This document shows positions 25,277-34,321 of a stretch of 64,000 bases of DNA, piece by piece. Under the pieces are notes generated by a model. It made no database searches and had not been told where the DNA came from. It was given only the letters and a program-made list of their open reading frames with translations. The position numbers were made by a program, and so were the translations under genes. Each line of letters starts with the position of its first letter. Position 1 is the first letter of the stretch. The stretch is from Brevibacterium senegalense (lineage in GTDB: Bacteria; Actinomycetota; Actinomycetes; Actinomycetales; Brevibacteriaceae), in NCBI GenBank assembly GCA_020743695.1, contig DYUK01000081.1:154-64153 (forward strand). The letters run 5' to 3'.

Positions 25277-25380
25277 ACTGGGTTTCCGTGTGGTCGACCT
25301 CTCACGAGGCGGCTCACCGCAGTACTGACAGCGCCGTCTGCTGCGGACCTGTCCGTACGACCCGGAAGGACGGTGCTCTC

Positions 25381-28300
25381 ATGAGTGGAACCGTCTCACT
25401 GCCCTTCTCCGCCCGCCCGGCGGCGCATGCTCTCGCGGATCCCTCCGACGAGCACGATGCCTGCGGTCTCGCCTTCATCGCGCGCTACCGCGGTCCCGCC
25501 GACCACCTGGTCGTGCAGCAGGCCCTCACGGCGCTGCGCAACATGGAGCACCGCGGCGGCGTGGGCGGCGATGAGGGCACGGGGGACGGCGCGGGCATCA
25601 CCGTGCAGGTCCCGCACGCATTCCTCACCGCGGTCAGCGGCCTCGCGCTGCCGGAGCCGGGGACGTATGCGGTCGGGACCGCGTTCCTCGACCCCGCGGC
25701 GCCGGAGGACGGCCGTGCGCTCGTCGGACGGCTCGCACAGGAGGAGGGCCTCGACGTCCTGGGGTGGCGTCCCGTCCCCGTCGACCCGTCGGTGCTGGGG
25801 GCATCGGCCCGCGCCGCGATGCCGCACTTCGAGCAGGTCTTCCTCGCGGCCTCGGCGGATCGACCGCTGCGCACGGATGAGGCCGGTCACACGGATCCGT
25901 GGGCCCTGGACCGCCGTGCGTTCGCCGTCCGGCGCCGGGCGGAGCGCGACGGGGTCTACTTCCCGTCGCTGTCGACCCGTACCCTCGTCTACAAGGGGAT
26001 GGTGAGCACCGCCCAACTCGAGCCGTTCTACCCGGATCTGTCCGACGAGCGGTTCCTGACCCGCCTCGCGATCGTGCACTCGCGCTTCTCGACGAACACC
26101 TTCCCGTCGTGGCCGCTGGCGCAGCCGTTCCGGATGCTCGCCCACAACGGCGAGATCAACACGGTCCGCGGGAACCGCAACTGGATGGCGGCACGGGAGT
26201 CCGTCCTCGCGTCGGAGCTGCTCGCCTCACCGGACGGCACCGGCGACAGCGCGGACCTCGCCCGACTGCTGCCCATCAACAACCCGATGCTGTCGGACTC
26301 CGGGTCGCTCGACGAGGTCCTCGAGCTCCTCGTCATGTCCGGACGCCCGCTGCCGCACGCGATGGCGATGCTCATCCCCGAGGCGTGGGAGAAGGAACCC
26401 GCGATCTCCGAGCAGCGGCAGGCGTTCTACCGCTACCACGCGCTGCTCATGGAGGCGTGGGACGGACCCGCGTGCGTCGCCTTCACCGACGGTGACCGGA
26501 TCGGCGCCGTGCTGGACCGCAACGGACTGCGGCCCGCCCGCTACACCCTCACGGACGACACAGTCGTCCTCGCCAGCGAGGCCGGGGTCGTCGACCTGCC
26601 GGCGGACACGATCGTCGCGCGGGGCCGCGTGCAGCCCGGTCGGATGTTCCTCGTCGACATGGTCGCCGGCCGGATCGTCTCCGACACGGAGACGAAGGCG
26701 ACGCTCGCCTCCGCGGCCCCGTACGCGGACTGGCTCGAGCAGACGACGGTCGCGATCGAGGACCTGCCGGAGCGTGAGACGGTGCGCTACCCGCAGGCGT
26801 CCGTCGAGCGCCGCCAGCGCACGTTCGGGTACACGGACGAGGAGCTGCGGATCCTCCTGGGACCCATGGCGGCCGCCGGCACCGAGCCGCTGGGCGCGAT
26901 GGGCACGGACACCCCGGTCGCCGCGTTCGCGGAGCGTCCCCGGCTGCTCTTCGACTACTTCGCGCAGAGCTTCGCGCAGGTGACGAACCCACCGCTCGAC
27001 GCGATCCGCGAGGAGATCGTCACGAGTGTCGCGGTGGGCATCGGCAGCGAGGGGAACCTGCTGGCGTCCGGTCCGCAGGACCTCTTCCAGGTCGATCTGC
27101 CGTACCCCGTCATCGACAACGAGCAGCTCGCGAAGTTCATCCACCTGTCCGGCGCCCGCGTGGGCTCCGAGGCGCGGCGCGCGACCGCGGTCCTGCGCGG
27201 CCTCTACCGGCCCGGCGGCGGCGAGGCGCTGCGGGCGCGGATCGCCCAGCTGTGCGAGGAGGCGAGCGAGGCCATCCGTGCGGGTGCCCGATTCCTCGTG
27301 CTCTCCGACCGCGATTCGCACGCGGACCTCGCGCCCATCCCCACGCTCCTGCTCACCTCCGCCGTCCACCACCACCTCATCCGCGAGCGGACGCGCACAT
27401 CCGTGTCGCTGCTCGTCGAGGCCGGGGACGTGCGGGAGGTCCACCACGTCGCCGCGCTCATCGGCTACGGCGCCTCTGCGGTCAACCCGTACCTCGCGAT
27501 GGAGACCGCCGCGCTCATGGTCCGCGACGGCCGGGTCACGGGGATCGAGGAGGACGTCGCGGTGCGCAACGTCCTGCGCTCCCTGGGTCGCGGACTCCTC
27601 AAGGTCATGTCGAAGATGGGCATCTCGACCGTGCATTCGTACCACGCGGCCCAGACCTTCGAGACGCTGGGACTGAGTGACGAGCTGGTCGCGGAGTTCT
27701 TCGTGGGGACCCGGGCCCGCCTGGGCGGGATCGGGCTCGACGGCATCGCGCGGGAGGTGGAGGAGCGCCACCGCGCCGCCTACCCGCACGACAACCCGGT
27801 CGCGCACCGCGCCCTCGACATCGGAGGCGAGTACCAGTGGCGCCGTGAGGGACCCCCGCACCTCTTCGACCCGGAGACGGTCTTCCGCCTCCAGCACGCG
27901 ACGCGCACGCGCCGGTTCGACATCTTCCGCTCATACACCTCCCGGGTCGACGACCAGGCGCGGGAGCTGCTGACGCTGCGCGGCCTCTTCGACCTGGTCC
28001 CAGGCTCCGACGGTCCGATCCCGCTCGACGAGGTCGAGCCCGCAGCCGCGATCATCCGCCGCTTCTCGACCGGGGCGATGAGCTACGGCTCCCTGTCGCA
28101 GGAGGCGCACGAGACGCTCGCGATCGCGATGAACAGGATCGGCGGCAAGTCGAACACCGGTGAGGGCGGTGAGGACGTCGAGCGCCTCCTGGACCCGGAG
28201 CGTCGGTCCGCCATCAAGCAGGTGGCGAGCGGCCGCTTCGGGGTCACGAGCCTCTACCTGACGGAGTCGGACGACATCCAGATCAAGATGGCGCAGGGCG

Positions 28301-30006
28301 CGAAGCCCGGCGAGGGCGGTCAGCTGCCGCCCTCGAAGGTCTATCCCTGGATCGCGCGGACACGGAACTCGACCGCCGGGGTGGGCCTCATCTCACCGCC
28401 CCCGCACCACGACATCTATTCGATCGAAGACCTCGCCCAGCTCATCCACGACCTCAAGCGGGCCAATCCCGCCGCGCGCGTCCACGTCAAGCTCGTCGCC
28501 TCCGCCGGTGTGGGGACGGTGGCCTCCGGTGTCGCGAAGGCACAGGCGGACGTCGTCCTCATCTCCGGGCACGACGGCGGCACGGGCGCCAGCCCGCTCA
28601 ACTCGCTCAAGCACGCGGGCGTCCCGTGGGAGCTGGGGCTCGCGGAGGCCCAGCAGACCCTCATCCAGTCGGGGCTGCGCGAGCGGGTCTCCGTCCAGGT
28701 CGACGGCCAGCTCAAGACCGGCCGCGACGTCGTCATCGCCGCCCTCCTGGGTGCGGAGGAGTTCGGCTTCGCGACGGCGCCCCTCGTCGTGAGCGGCTGC
28801 ATCATGATGCGCGTGTGCCACCAGGACACGTGCCCCGTGGGCGTCGCGACGCAGAACCCGGAGCTGCGCCGCCGCTTCACCGGACGCCCCGAGTTCGTCG
28901 AGACGTTCTTCGAGTACATCGCGGAGGAGGTCCGCGAACTGCTCGCCTCGCTGGGATTCCGCACCCTCGACGAGGCGATCGGGCGCGTCGAGCGGCTGGA
29001 CCGCAGCGCGGCAGAGCGCCACTGGAAGGCCGCCGGACTCGACATCGCGGACATCCTCGCCGTGCCCCGCACGGCGGACGGGGAGATCGCGGAGGTCCGG
29101 ACCCGGACCGTGGGGCAGGACCACCGGCTGGACGAGCACTTCGACGCCGGGCTCATCGCCCAGGCGGCGGACGCCATCCGCACCCGCACGCCGCTCGTCC
29201 TCGAGCGCACGGTCACGAACGTCGACCGGTCCGTGGGCACGATGCTGGGCCACCGGGTGACGGTCGAGCACGGACTCGACGCGCTGCCCCAGGACACCCT
29301 CCGGGTGCGGTTGACCGGCAGCGCGGGACAGTCGCTGGGCGCGTTCCTGCCGCGCGGCATCACCCTGTCGCTGTCCGGCGAGGCCAATGACTACGTGGGC
29401 AAGGGCCTCTCCGGCGGCACGATCGCCGTACGGCCCGTCGCAGTACCCGGGTACCGGCCCGAGGACCACGTCATCGCCGGCAACGTGATCGGCTACGGTG
29501 CGACCGCCGGGCGGATGTTCCTGTCGGGTCAGGTGGGCGAGCGCTTCCTCGTGCGCAATTCCGGTGCGACCGCGGTCGTCGAGGGGATCGGCGACCACGG
29601 GCTCGAGTACATGACCGGCGGCACCGCCGTCGTCCTGGGGCCGGTGGGCCGGAACTTCGCCGCCGGCATGTCCGGTGGCGTCGCGTACCTGCTCGACTTC
29701 AACCCCGCCCGCATCAACGTCGCCGACCGGGCCGCCGGGCGGTTCCATCTGCGCGGGCTGTCCGGCGAGGACACGCACGAGCTCGAGGCGCTGCTGCGCG
29801 AGCACCTCGAGCAGACGGGCTCGCCGCTCGTCGCCTCCCTCATCGCCCGCCTGGAGCGCGGGGAGGACGTGTTCGGCCGGTTCACGAAACTGGTCCCCGT
29901 CGACTACCAGTCCGTCCTCGCGCTGCGCGCGCGCTTCGAGGAGGACGGCACCGACCCCGATGGCTCCGAGGCGTGGAGCTCGATCCTGGAGATGACCCAT
30001 GGCTGA
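25381..30006 (+). CDS. gltB: Glutamate synthase large subunit
   Basis: ATG 25381; EHDACG Ntn cysteine, HSRFSTNTFPSW, HNGEINT, IKMAQGAKPGEGGQLP, GCIMMRVCHQDTCPVG, C-terminal GXGXG domain. Confidence 0.98.
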   Translation: MSGTVSLPFSARPAAHALADPSDEHDACGLAFIARYRGPADHLVVQQALTALRNMEHRGGVGGDEGTGDGAGITVQVPHAFLTAVSGLALPEPGTYAVGTAFLDPAAPEDGRALVGRLAQEEGLDVLGWRPVPVDPSVLGASARAAMPHFEQVFLAASADRPLRTDEAGHTDPWALDRRAFAVRRRAERDGVYFPSLSTRTLVYKGMVSTAQLEPFYPDLSDERFLTRLAIVHSRFSTNTFPSWPLAQPFRMLAHNGEINTVRGNRNWMAARESVLASELLASPDGTGDSADLARLLPINNPMLSDSGSLDEVLELLVMSGRPLPHAMAMLIPEAWEKEPAISEQRQAFYRYHALLMEAWDGPACVAFTDGDRIGAVLDRNGLRPARYTLTDDTVVLASEAGVVDLPADTIVARGRVQPGRMFLVDMVAGRIVSDTETKATLASAAPYADWLEQTTVAIEDLPERETVRYPQASVERRQRTFGYTDEELRILLGPMAAAGTEPLGAMGTDTPVAAFAERPRLLFDYFAQSFAQVTNPPLDAIREEIVTSVAVGIGSEGNLLASGPQDLFQVDLPYPVIDNEQLAKFIHLSGARVGSEARRATAVLRGLYRPGGGEALRARIAQLCEEASEAIRAGARFLVLSDRDSHADLAPIPTLLLTSAVHHHLIRERTRTSVSLLVEAGDVREVHHVAALIGYGASAVNPYLAMETAALMVRDGRVTGIEEDVAVRNVLRSLGRGLLKVMSKMGISTVHSYHAAQTFETLGLSDELVAEFFVGTRARLGGIGLDGIAREVEERHRAAYPHDNPVAHRALDIGGEYQWRREGPPHLFDPETVFRLQHATRTRRFDIFRSYTSRVDDQARELLTLRGLFDLVPGSDGPIPLDEVEPAAAIIRRFSTGAMSYGSLSQEAHETLAIAMNRIGGKSNTGEGGEDVERLLDPERRSAIKQVASGRFGVTSLYLTESDDIQIKMAQGAKPGEGGQLPPSKVYPWIARTRNSTAGVGLISPPPHHDIYSIEDLAQLIHDLKRANPAARVHVKLVASAGVGTVASGVAKAQADVVLISGHDGGTGASPLNSLKHAGVPWELGLAEAQQTLIQSGLRERVSVQVDGQLKTGRDVVIAALLGAEEFGFATAPLVVSGCIMMRVCHQDTCPVGVATQNPELRRRFTGRPEFVETFFEYIAEEVRELLASLGFRTLDEAIGRVERLDRSAAERHWKAAGLDIADILAVPRTADGEIAEVRTRTVGQDHRLDEHFDAGLIAQAADAIRTRTPLVLERTVTNVDRSVGTMLGHRVTVEHGLDALPQDTLRVRLTGSAGQSLGAFLPRGITLSLSGEANDYVGKGLSGGTIAVRPVAVPGYRPEDHVIAGNVIGYGATAGRMFLSGQVGERFLVRNSGATAVVEGIGDHGLEYMTGGTAVVLGPVGRNFAAGMSGGVAYLLDFNPARINVADRAAGRFHLRGLSGEDTHELEALLREHLEQTGSPLVASLIARLERGEDVFGRFTKLVPVDYQSVLALRARFEEDGTDPDGSEAWSSILEMTHG

Positions 30007-31468
30007 CCCGCACGGATTCCTCACTGTGACGCAGCGGGAGCTCCCCCCGTCCCGCCCCGTCGCCGTCCGGCTCCTCGACTTCCGCGAGGTGCAGCAGGAG
30101 CGTCAGGACCAGTCCGCGTTCGTGCGGCAGGCCGGTCGCTGCATGGACTGCGGTGTCCCCTTCTGCCACCAGGGGTGCCCGCTGGGGAACACCATCCCGG
30201 AGTTCAACGACGCGATGTGGCGCGGGCAGACGGCGCGCGCCGTCGAACTGCTCCACGCGACGAACAACTTCCCGGAGTTCACGGGTCGGGTGTGCCCGGC
30301 ACCGTGCGAGTCCGCGTGCGTCCTCGGGATCTCGCAGCCGGCGGTCACGATCAAGAACGTCGAGCAGACGATCATCGACCGCGCGTTCGAGGAGGGCCTC
30401 GTCGTGCCGCGGCCGCCGGAGCGGATGTCGGGGCGCACCGTCGCCGTCGTGGGCTCCGGCCCCGCGGGCCTGGCGGCTGCGCAGCAGCTCACGCGCGCCG
30501 GGCACTCCGTCGTCGTGTTCGAGCGCGAGGACCGGCTCGGCGGCCTGCTGCGGTACGGCATCCCGGACTTCAAACTGGAGAAGCACCACATCGACCGCCG
30601 TCTCGAGCAGATGCGGCGGGAGGGCACCCGGTTCCGCACCGGGGTGGAGATCGGGATCCACCAGTCGTGGGAGGAGCTGCGCGACCGCGTCGACGCCGTC
30701 GTCGTGTGCACGGGTGCGACCGTCCCGCGGGCGCTGCGGATCCCCGGGAGCGACCTGACGGGCGTGCACCCGGCGATGGACTTCCTCGTCCCGGAGAACC
30801 GGCGGCAGGCCGGCGACGAGCCGTCTGCGGAGCGGATCGACGCGGCCGGGAAGCACGTCGTCGTGATCGGCGGAGGCGACACGGGCTCCGACTGCGTCGG
30901 CACCGCCCTGCGGCAGGGGGCGGCGTCCGTCACGTCGCTCGCGATCGGGCGAAGGCCGCCCGCGCAGCGGTCCGCGGACGAGCCGTGGCCCACGGACCCC
31001 CGGATCTTCGAGGTCTCGACCAGTCACGAGGAGGGCGGTGAACGCCGGTTCCTCGCGTCGACGGTCGAGGCGATCGATGACGGGTCCGGCCGCGTGCGGG
31101 CGCTGCGGGTCGCACGGACCGCATACACGGACGCCGGCCGCGTGCCGGAGCCGGGCACGGAGGAGCTGCTGCCCGCGGACCTCGTGCTCATCGCGATGGG
31201 GTTCACGGGACCGGAGACGGACACGGCCACCGCGTGGGGCCTCGGCGTCGGGGCGGGGACGCTGACCCGGGACGCGGACTACTCCACGGACCTCGACGGC
31301 GTGTTCGTCGCGGGCGATGCGGGACGCGGCCAGTCGCTCATCGTCTGGGCGATCGCGGAGGGCCGTGCGGCGGCCGCGGCCGTCGACGCGCACCTCATGG
31401 GGGAGACCTCCCTCCCGCGGCCGGTGACGGCCCACGATCAGGCGCTGACCGCGGGGCACAGGCAGTAG
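29999..31468 (+). CDS. gltD: Glutamate synthase small subunit
   Basis: QAGRCMDCGVPFCHQGCPLGN, NNFPEFTGRVCPAPCE, VGSGPAGLAAA, IGGGDTGSDC. Confidence 0.97.
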   Translation: MADPHGFLTVTQRELPPSRPVAVRLLDFREVQQERQDQSAFVRQAGRCMDCGVPFCHQGCPLGNTIPEFNDAMWRGQTARAVELLHATNNFPEFTGRVCPAPCESACVLGISQPAVTIKNVEQTIIDRAFEEGLVVPRPPERMSGRTVAVVGSGPAGLAAAQQLTRAGHSVVVFEREDRLGGLLRYGIPDFKLEKHHIDRRLEQMRREGTRFRTGVEIGIHQSWEELRDRVDAVVVCTGATVPRALRIPGSDLTGVHPAMDFLVPENRRQAGDEPSAERIDAAGKHVVVIGGGDTGSDCVGTALRQGAASVTSLAIGRRPPAQRSADEPWPTDPRIFEVSTSHEEGGERRFLASTVEAIDDGSGRVRALRVARTAYTDAGRVPEPGTEELLPADLVLIAMGFTGPETDTATAWGLGVGAGTLTRDADYSTDLDGVFVAGDAGRGQSLIVWAIAEGRAAAAAVDAHLMGETSLPRPVTAHDQALTAGHRQ

Positions 31469-31471
31469 GCT
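31466..31471 (+). promoter_or_regulatory. -10 element (TAGGCT) for leaderless pyk, overlapping the gltD stop codon
   Basis: TANNNT hexamer 6 nt before the ATG; no Shine-Dalgarno. Confidence 0.65.
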
Positions 31472-31477
31472 GGTGCC

Positions 31478-32944
31478 ATGAGGCATGCGAAGATCGTGGC
31501 GACCCTGGGACCAGCACAGAATTCCTACGACGACCTGAGGAACCTCCTGGCGGAGGGCGTGAATGTGGCCCGTTTCAACATGAGCCACGGGACGCACGCG
31601 GACCACGAGGAGCGCCTCGAGCGGCTCCGTCGGGCCTCGGCGGACTCGGACTCGCCGGTGGCGGTGCTCCTCGATCTGCAGGGGCCCAAGATCCGGGTGG
31701 GCACGTTCGCGGACGGCGCCAAGCCGCACCTGGCGATCGGCGACCGCTTCACGATCACCTCCCGTCCCGTCGACGGCGATGCGGAGTGCGTCAGCACCTC
31801 GTACACCGGGCTCCCCGGCGACGTGCAGCCGGGCGATCCGCTGCTCATCGACGACGGCCGCATCCGCCTGCGCGCGGTCGAGGTGACGGACACGGACGTC
31901 GTGACGGAGGTGGAGGTGCCGGGACGGATCTCCGACCACAAGGGGATCAACCTGCCCGGCGTGTCCGTGTCCGTCCCCGCCCTGACGGAGAAGGACCTCG
32001 CCGATCTGCGGTGGGGACTGGCGCACGGCGTCGACTGGGTCGCGCTCAGCTTCGTGCGCGGGCCCGAGGACATCGAGGACGTCCACCGGGTCATGGAGGA
32101 GACGGGCGTGCACCTGCCCGTCATGGCGAAGCTCGAGAAGCCGCAGGCGGTCGACCGCCTCCACGAGATCGTCGCCGCGTTCGACGGCATCATGGTGGCC
32201 CGCGGCGACCTGGGCGTCGAACTGCCGCTCGAGGAGGTCCCGATCGTGCAGAAGCGGGCGATCGAGGTCGCGCGCCGGCAGGCGAAGCCCGTCGTCGTCG
32301 CGACCCAGATGCTCGAGTCGATGATCGAGTCGCCGCGCCCCACCCGGGCGGAGGCGAGCGACTGCGCGAACGCCGTCCTGGACGGCGCGGACGCCCTCAT
32401 GCTGTCCGGTGAGACGTCGATCGGCGCGCACTGGCTCGAGACCGTGCGGACGATGGCCCGCATCATCGAGGCGACGGAGGCGGAGGGGCTCGACCGGATC
32501 CCCTCGCTGGGCACCACCCCGCACACGCGCGGCGGCGCGATCACGGCGGCGGCCGCCCGGATCGCGGAGCAGCTGGACATCGATCTCGTCTGCACCTTCA
32601 CGCAGTCGGGCGACTCCGTCCGCCGCATGTCGCGCCTGCGCCAGAAGCGTCCCGTCATCGCGTTCACCCCCGACCCCCGGGTGCGCAACCAGCTGGAGAT
32701 GAGCTGGGGCGTGCGCACGCACCTCGTGCGCTCCGTCCACCACACGGACCAGATGGCCCGCCAGGTCGACAAGGTGCTCCTGAGCCACGGCGAGGGGGAG
32801 GAGGGCCAGCTGAGCATCATCGTCGCCGGCTCGCCCCCCGGCATCGTCGGGTCGACGAATGCACTGCGCGTGCACGTGCTGGGGGATGCGATCAACGAGG
32901 TCGCGGCCGCCTACCGGGACGAGGTCGACGAGACGGGCGTGTGA
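31478..32944 (+). CDS. pyk: Pyruvate kinase
   Basis: KIVATLGPA, ARFNMSHG, DLQGPKIR, MVARGDLGVE, ATQMLESMI..PRPTRAE, DALMLSGETS. Confidence 0.98.
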   Translation: MRHAKIVATLGPAQNSYDDLRNLLAEGVNVARFNMSHGTHADHEERLERLRRASADSDSPVAVLLDLQGPKIRVGTFADGAKPHLAIGDRFTITSRPVDGDAECVSTSYTGLPGDVQPGDPLLIDDGRIRLRAVEVTDTDVVTEVEVPGRISDHKGINLPGVSVSVPALTEKDLADLRWGLAHGVDWVALSFVRGPEDIEDVHRVMEETGVHLPVMAKLEKPQAVDRLHEIVAAFDGIMVARGDLGVELPLEEVPIVQKRAIEVARRQAKPVVVATQMLESMIESPRPTRAEASDCANAVLDGADALMLSGETSIGAHWLETVRTMARIIEATEAEGLDRIPSLGTTPHTRGGAITAAAARIAEQLDIDLVCTFTQSGDSVRRMSRLRQKRPVIAFTPDPRVRNQLEMSWGVRTHLVRSVHHTDQMARQVDKVLLSHGEGEEGQLSIIVAGSPPGIVGSTNALRVHVLGDAINEVAAAYRDEVDETGV

Positions 32945-32952
32945 CCACGCGA

Positions 32953-32981
32953 ACGGGGTCCCCCTCCAAGGGGGACCCCGT
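32953..32981. terminator. Hairpin between convergent pyk and tRNA-Leu (probable bidirectional terminator)
   Basis: ACGGGGTCCCCC-tccaa-GGGGGACCCCGT, a perfect 12-bp stem. Confidence 0.8.
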
Positions 32982-32987
32982 GTCGTG

Positions 32988-33069
32988 TGCCGGATGAGGG
33001 ACTCGAACCCTCACACCCGAAGGCGGCGCATTTTGAGTGCGCTGCGTCTACCGATTCCGCCAATCCGGC
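32988..33069 (-). tRNA. tRNA-Leu (anticodon CAA)
   Basis: Minus strand GCCGGATTGGCGGAATCGGTAGACGCAGCGCACTCAAAATGCGCCGCCTTCGGGTGTGAGGGTTCGAGTCCCTCATCCGGCA: paired acceptor stem, GCGCA/TGCGC anticodon stem with CTCAAAA loop, long variable arm, GTTCGA T-loop. A TACACT -10 lies at 33078-33083 on the minus strand. Confidence 0.95.
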
Positions 33070-33158
33070 CCAGGGGAAGTGTACTGCACGCGCCGGGCCC
33101 GTCCCCGCCGTGCGCCCCCCGCCGTGCCCGGAGGCCGCCGCGGCGGTAGGATGGCGGG

Positions 33159-33779
33159 GTGACCCACAACGAAGACACCCCCAGCACCGAGCACGGTCCC
33201 GTGCGCCGCGTCGTCGTCGCGGAGGACGAGGCCGTCATTCGGCTCGACATCGTGGAGATGCTCCGCGAGGTCGGATACGACGTCGTCGGCGAGGCCGCGG
33301 ACGGCGAGTCCGCGATCCGGCTGGCGGAGGAGCTGCGTCCGGACCTCGTGGTCATGGACATCAAGATGCCCGTCCTCGACGGCATCTCCGCGGCCGAGCG
33401 GATCGCGAAGGCCCGCATCGCCCCCGTCGTGCTCCTCACCGCCTTCTCGCAGAAGGAGCTCGTCGAGCGGGCCCGGGACGCCGGTGCCATGGCCTACGTC
33501 GTCAAGCCGTTCTCGTCGAACGACCTGCTGCCCGCCCTGGAGATCGCGCTGTCGCGCCACGCGGAGATCACCGCGCTGGAATCGGAGATCTCCGACCTGA
33601 CGGACCGCTTCGAGACGCGCAAGCTCGTCGAGCGGGCGAAGGGCCTCCTCATCTCGTCGATGGGGCTGACGGAGCCGGAGGCCTTCCGGTGGATCCAGAA
33701 GACCTCCATGGACCGCCGCCTCACGATGCGCGAGGTCGCGGAGACCGTCCTGAATCAGATCGGCTCCGCGAAGGGCTGA
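33159..33779 (+). CDS. ANTAR-domain response regulator (PdtaR-like)
   Basis: Receiver domain (AEDE, DLVVMDIKMP, LLTAFS, YVVKPF) plus ANTAR (RKLVERAKGLL..EPEAFRWIQKTSMDRR); canonical position next to tRNA-Leu. Confidence 0.92.
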   Translation: MTHNEDTPSTEHGPVRRVVVAEDEAVIRLDIVEMLREVGYDVVGEAADGESAIRLAEELRPDLVVMDIKMPVLDGISAAERIAKARIAPVVLLTAFSQKELVERARDAGAMAYVVKPFSSNDLLPALEIALSRHAEITALESEISDLTDRFETRKLVERAKGLLISSMGLTEPEAFRWIQKTSMDRRLTMREVAETVLNQIGSAKG

Positions 33780-33782
33780 GCC

Positions 33783-34232
33783 TCAGGAGCCCTGCAGCAC
33801 CATATTGGAGATGCGGACGATCGACAGGAGTCGGTCGTCCGCATCCGTCATCCGGACCTCGTGGTTGAAGAGCCGGCGCCCGGCGTGCAGGACCTGCGCG
33901 CGGGCGAAGACGGTGCCGGACGTGATCGACCGCAGGTGCGTCGCATTCAGATCGACGCCCACGACGTCTCCGCCGGTGCGCAGCGCGGCGTGCATCGAGG
34001 CGAGCGTCTCGGCGATGACGACGTGTCCGCCGCCGTGGAAGAGCCCCGCCGGCTGGAGGTTGCCCGCGACCGGGCAGTCGGCCTCGATCCACTCCCAGCC
34101 CAGCCCCGTGGGCCGGATCCCCATCCTCTCGACGAGCGTGCCCGGCGGCAGTGTCCAGTTCTCGACCAGCGCGGCGTAGTCCTGCGCGGTCATGTCGGGG
34201 GAGAGGGCGGGCATCTGCCGGTCTGCGGGCAT
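33783..34232 (-). CDS. PaaI/hotdog-fold thioesterase (MenI/EntH-like)
   Basis: QPAGLFHGG..VIAETLAS, VGVDLNATHLRS; preceded by GGAGG and a minus-strand TAGAGT at 34271-34276. Confidence 0.85.
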   Translation of the reverse strand: MPADRQMPALSPDMTAQDYAALVENWTLPPGTLVERMGIRPTGLGWEWIEADCPVAGNLQPAGLFHGGGHVVIAETLASMHAALRTGGDVVGVDLNATHLRSITSGTVFARAQVLHAGRRLFNHEVRMTDADDRLLSIVRISNMVLQGS

Positions 34233-34321
34233 GGGGCCTCCTGATGCGGGGTGCGGACGGGGTCCCCCTCACTCTAGTCAGCACCCGGCGCCGTCCTCCC
34301 GTCTCCCGGTACCCTGTGGGG

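Noticed and set aside
32940-33160. tRNA-Leu as an integration site for a prophage or island
   Set aside because: No integrase, no duplicated tRNA 3' end, and the flanks (pyk, ANTAR regulator) are the usual neighbours; the site is empty.
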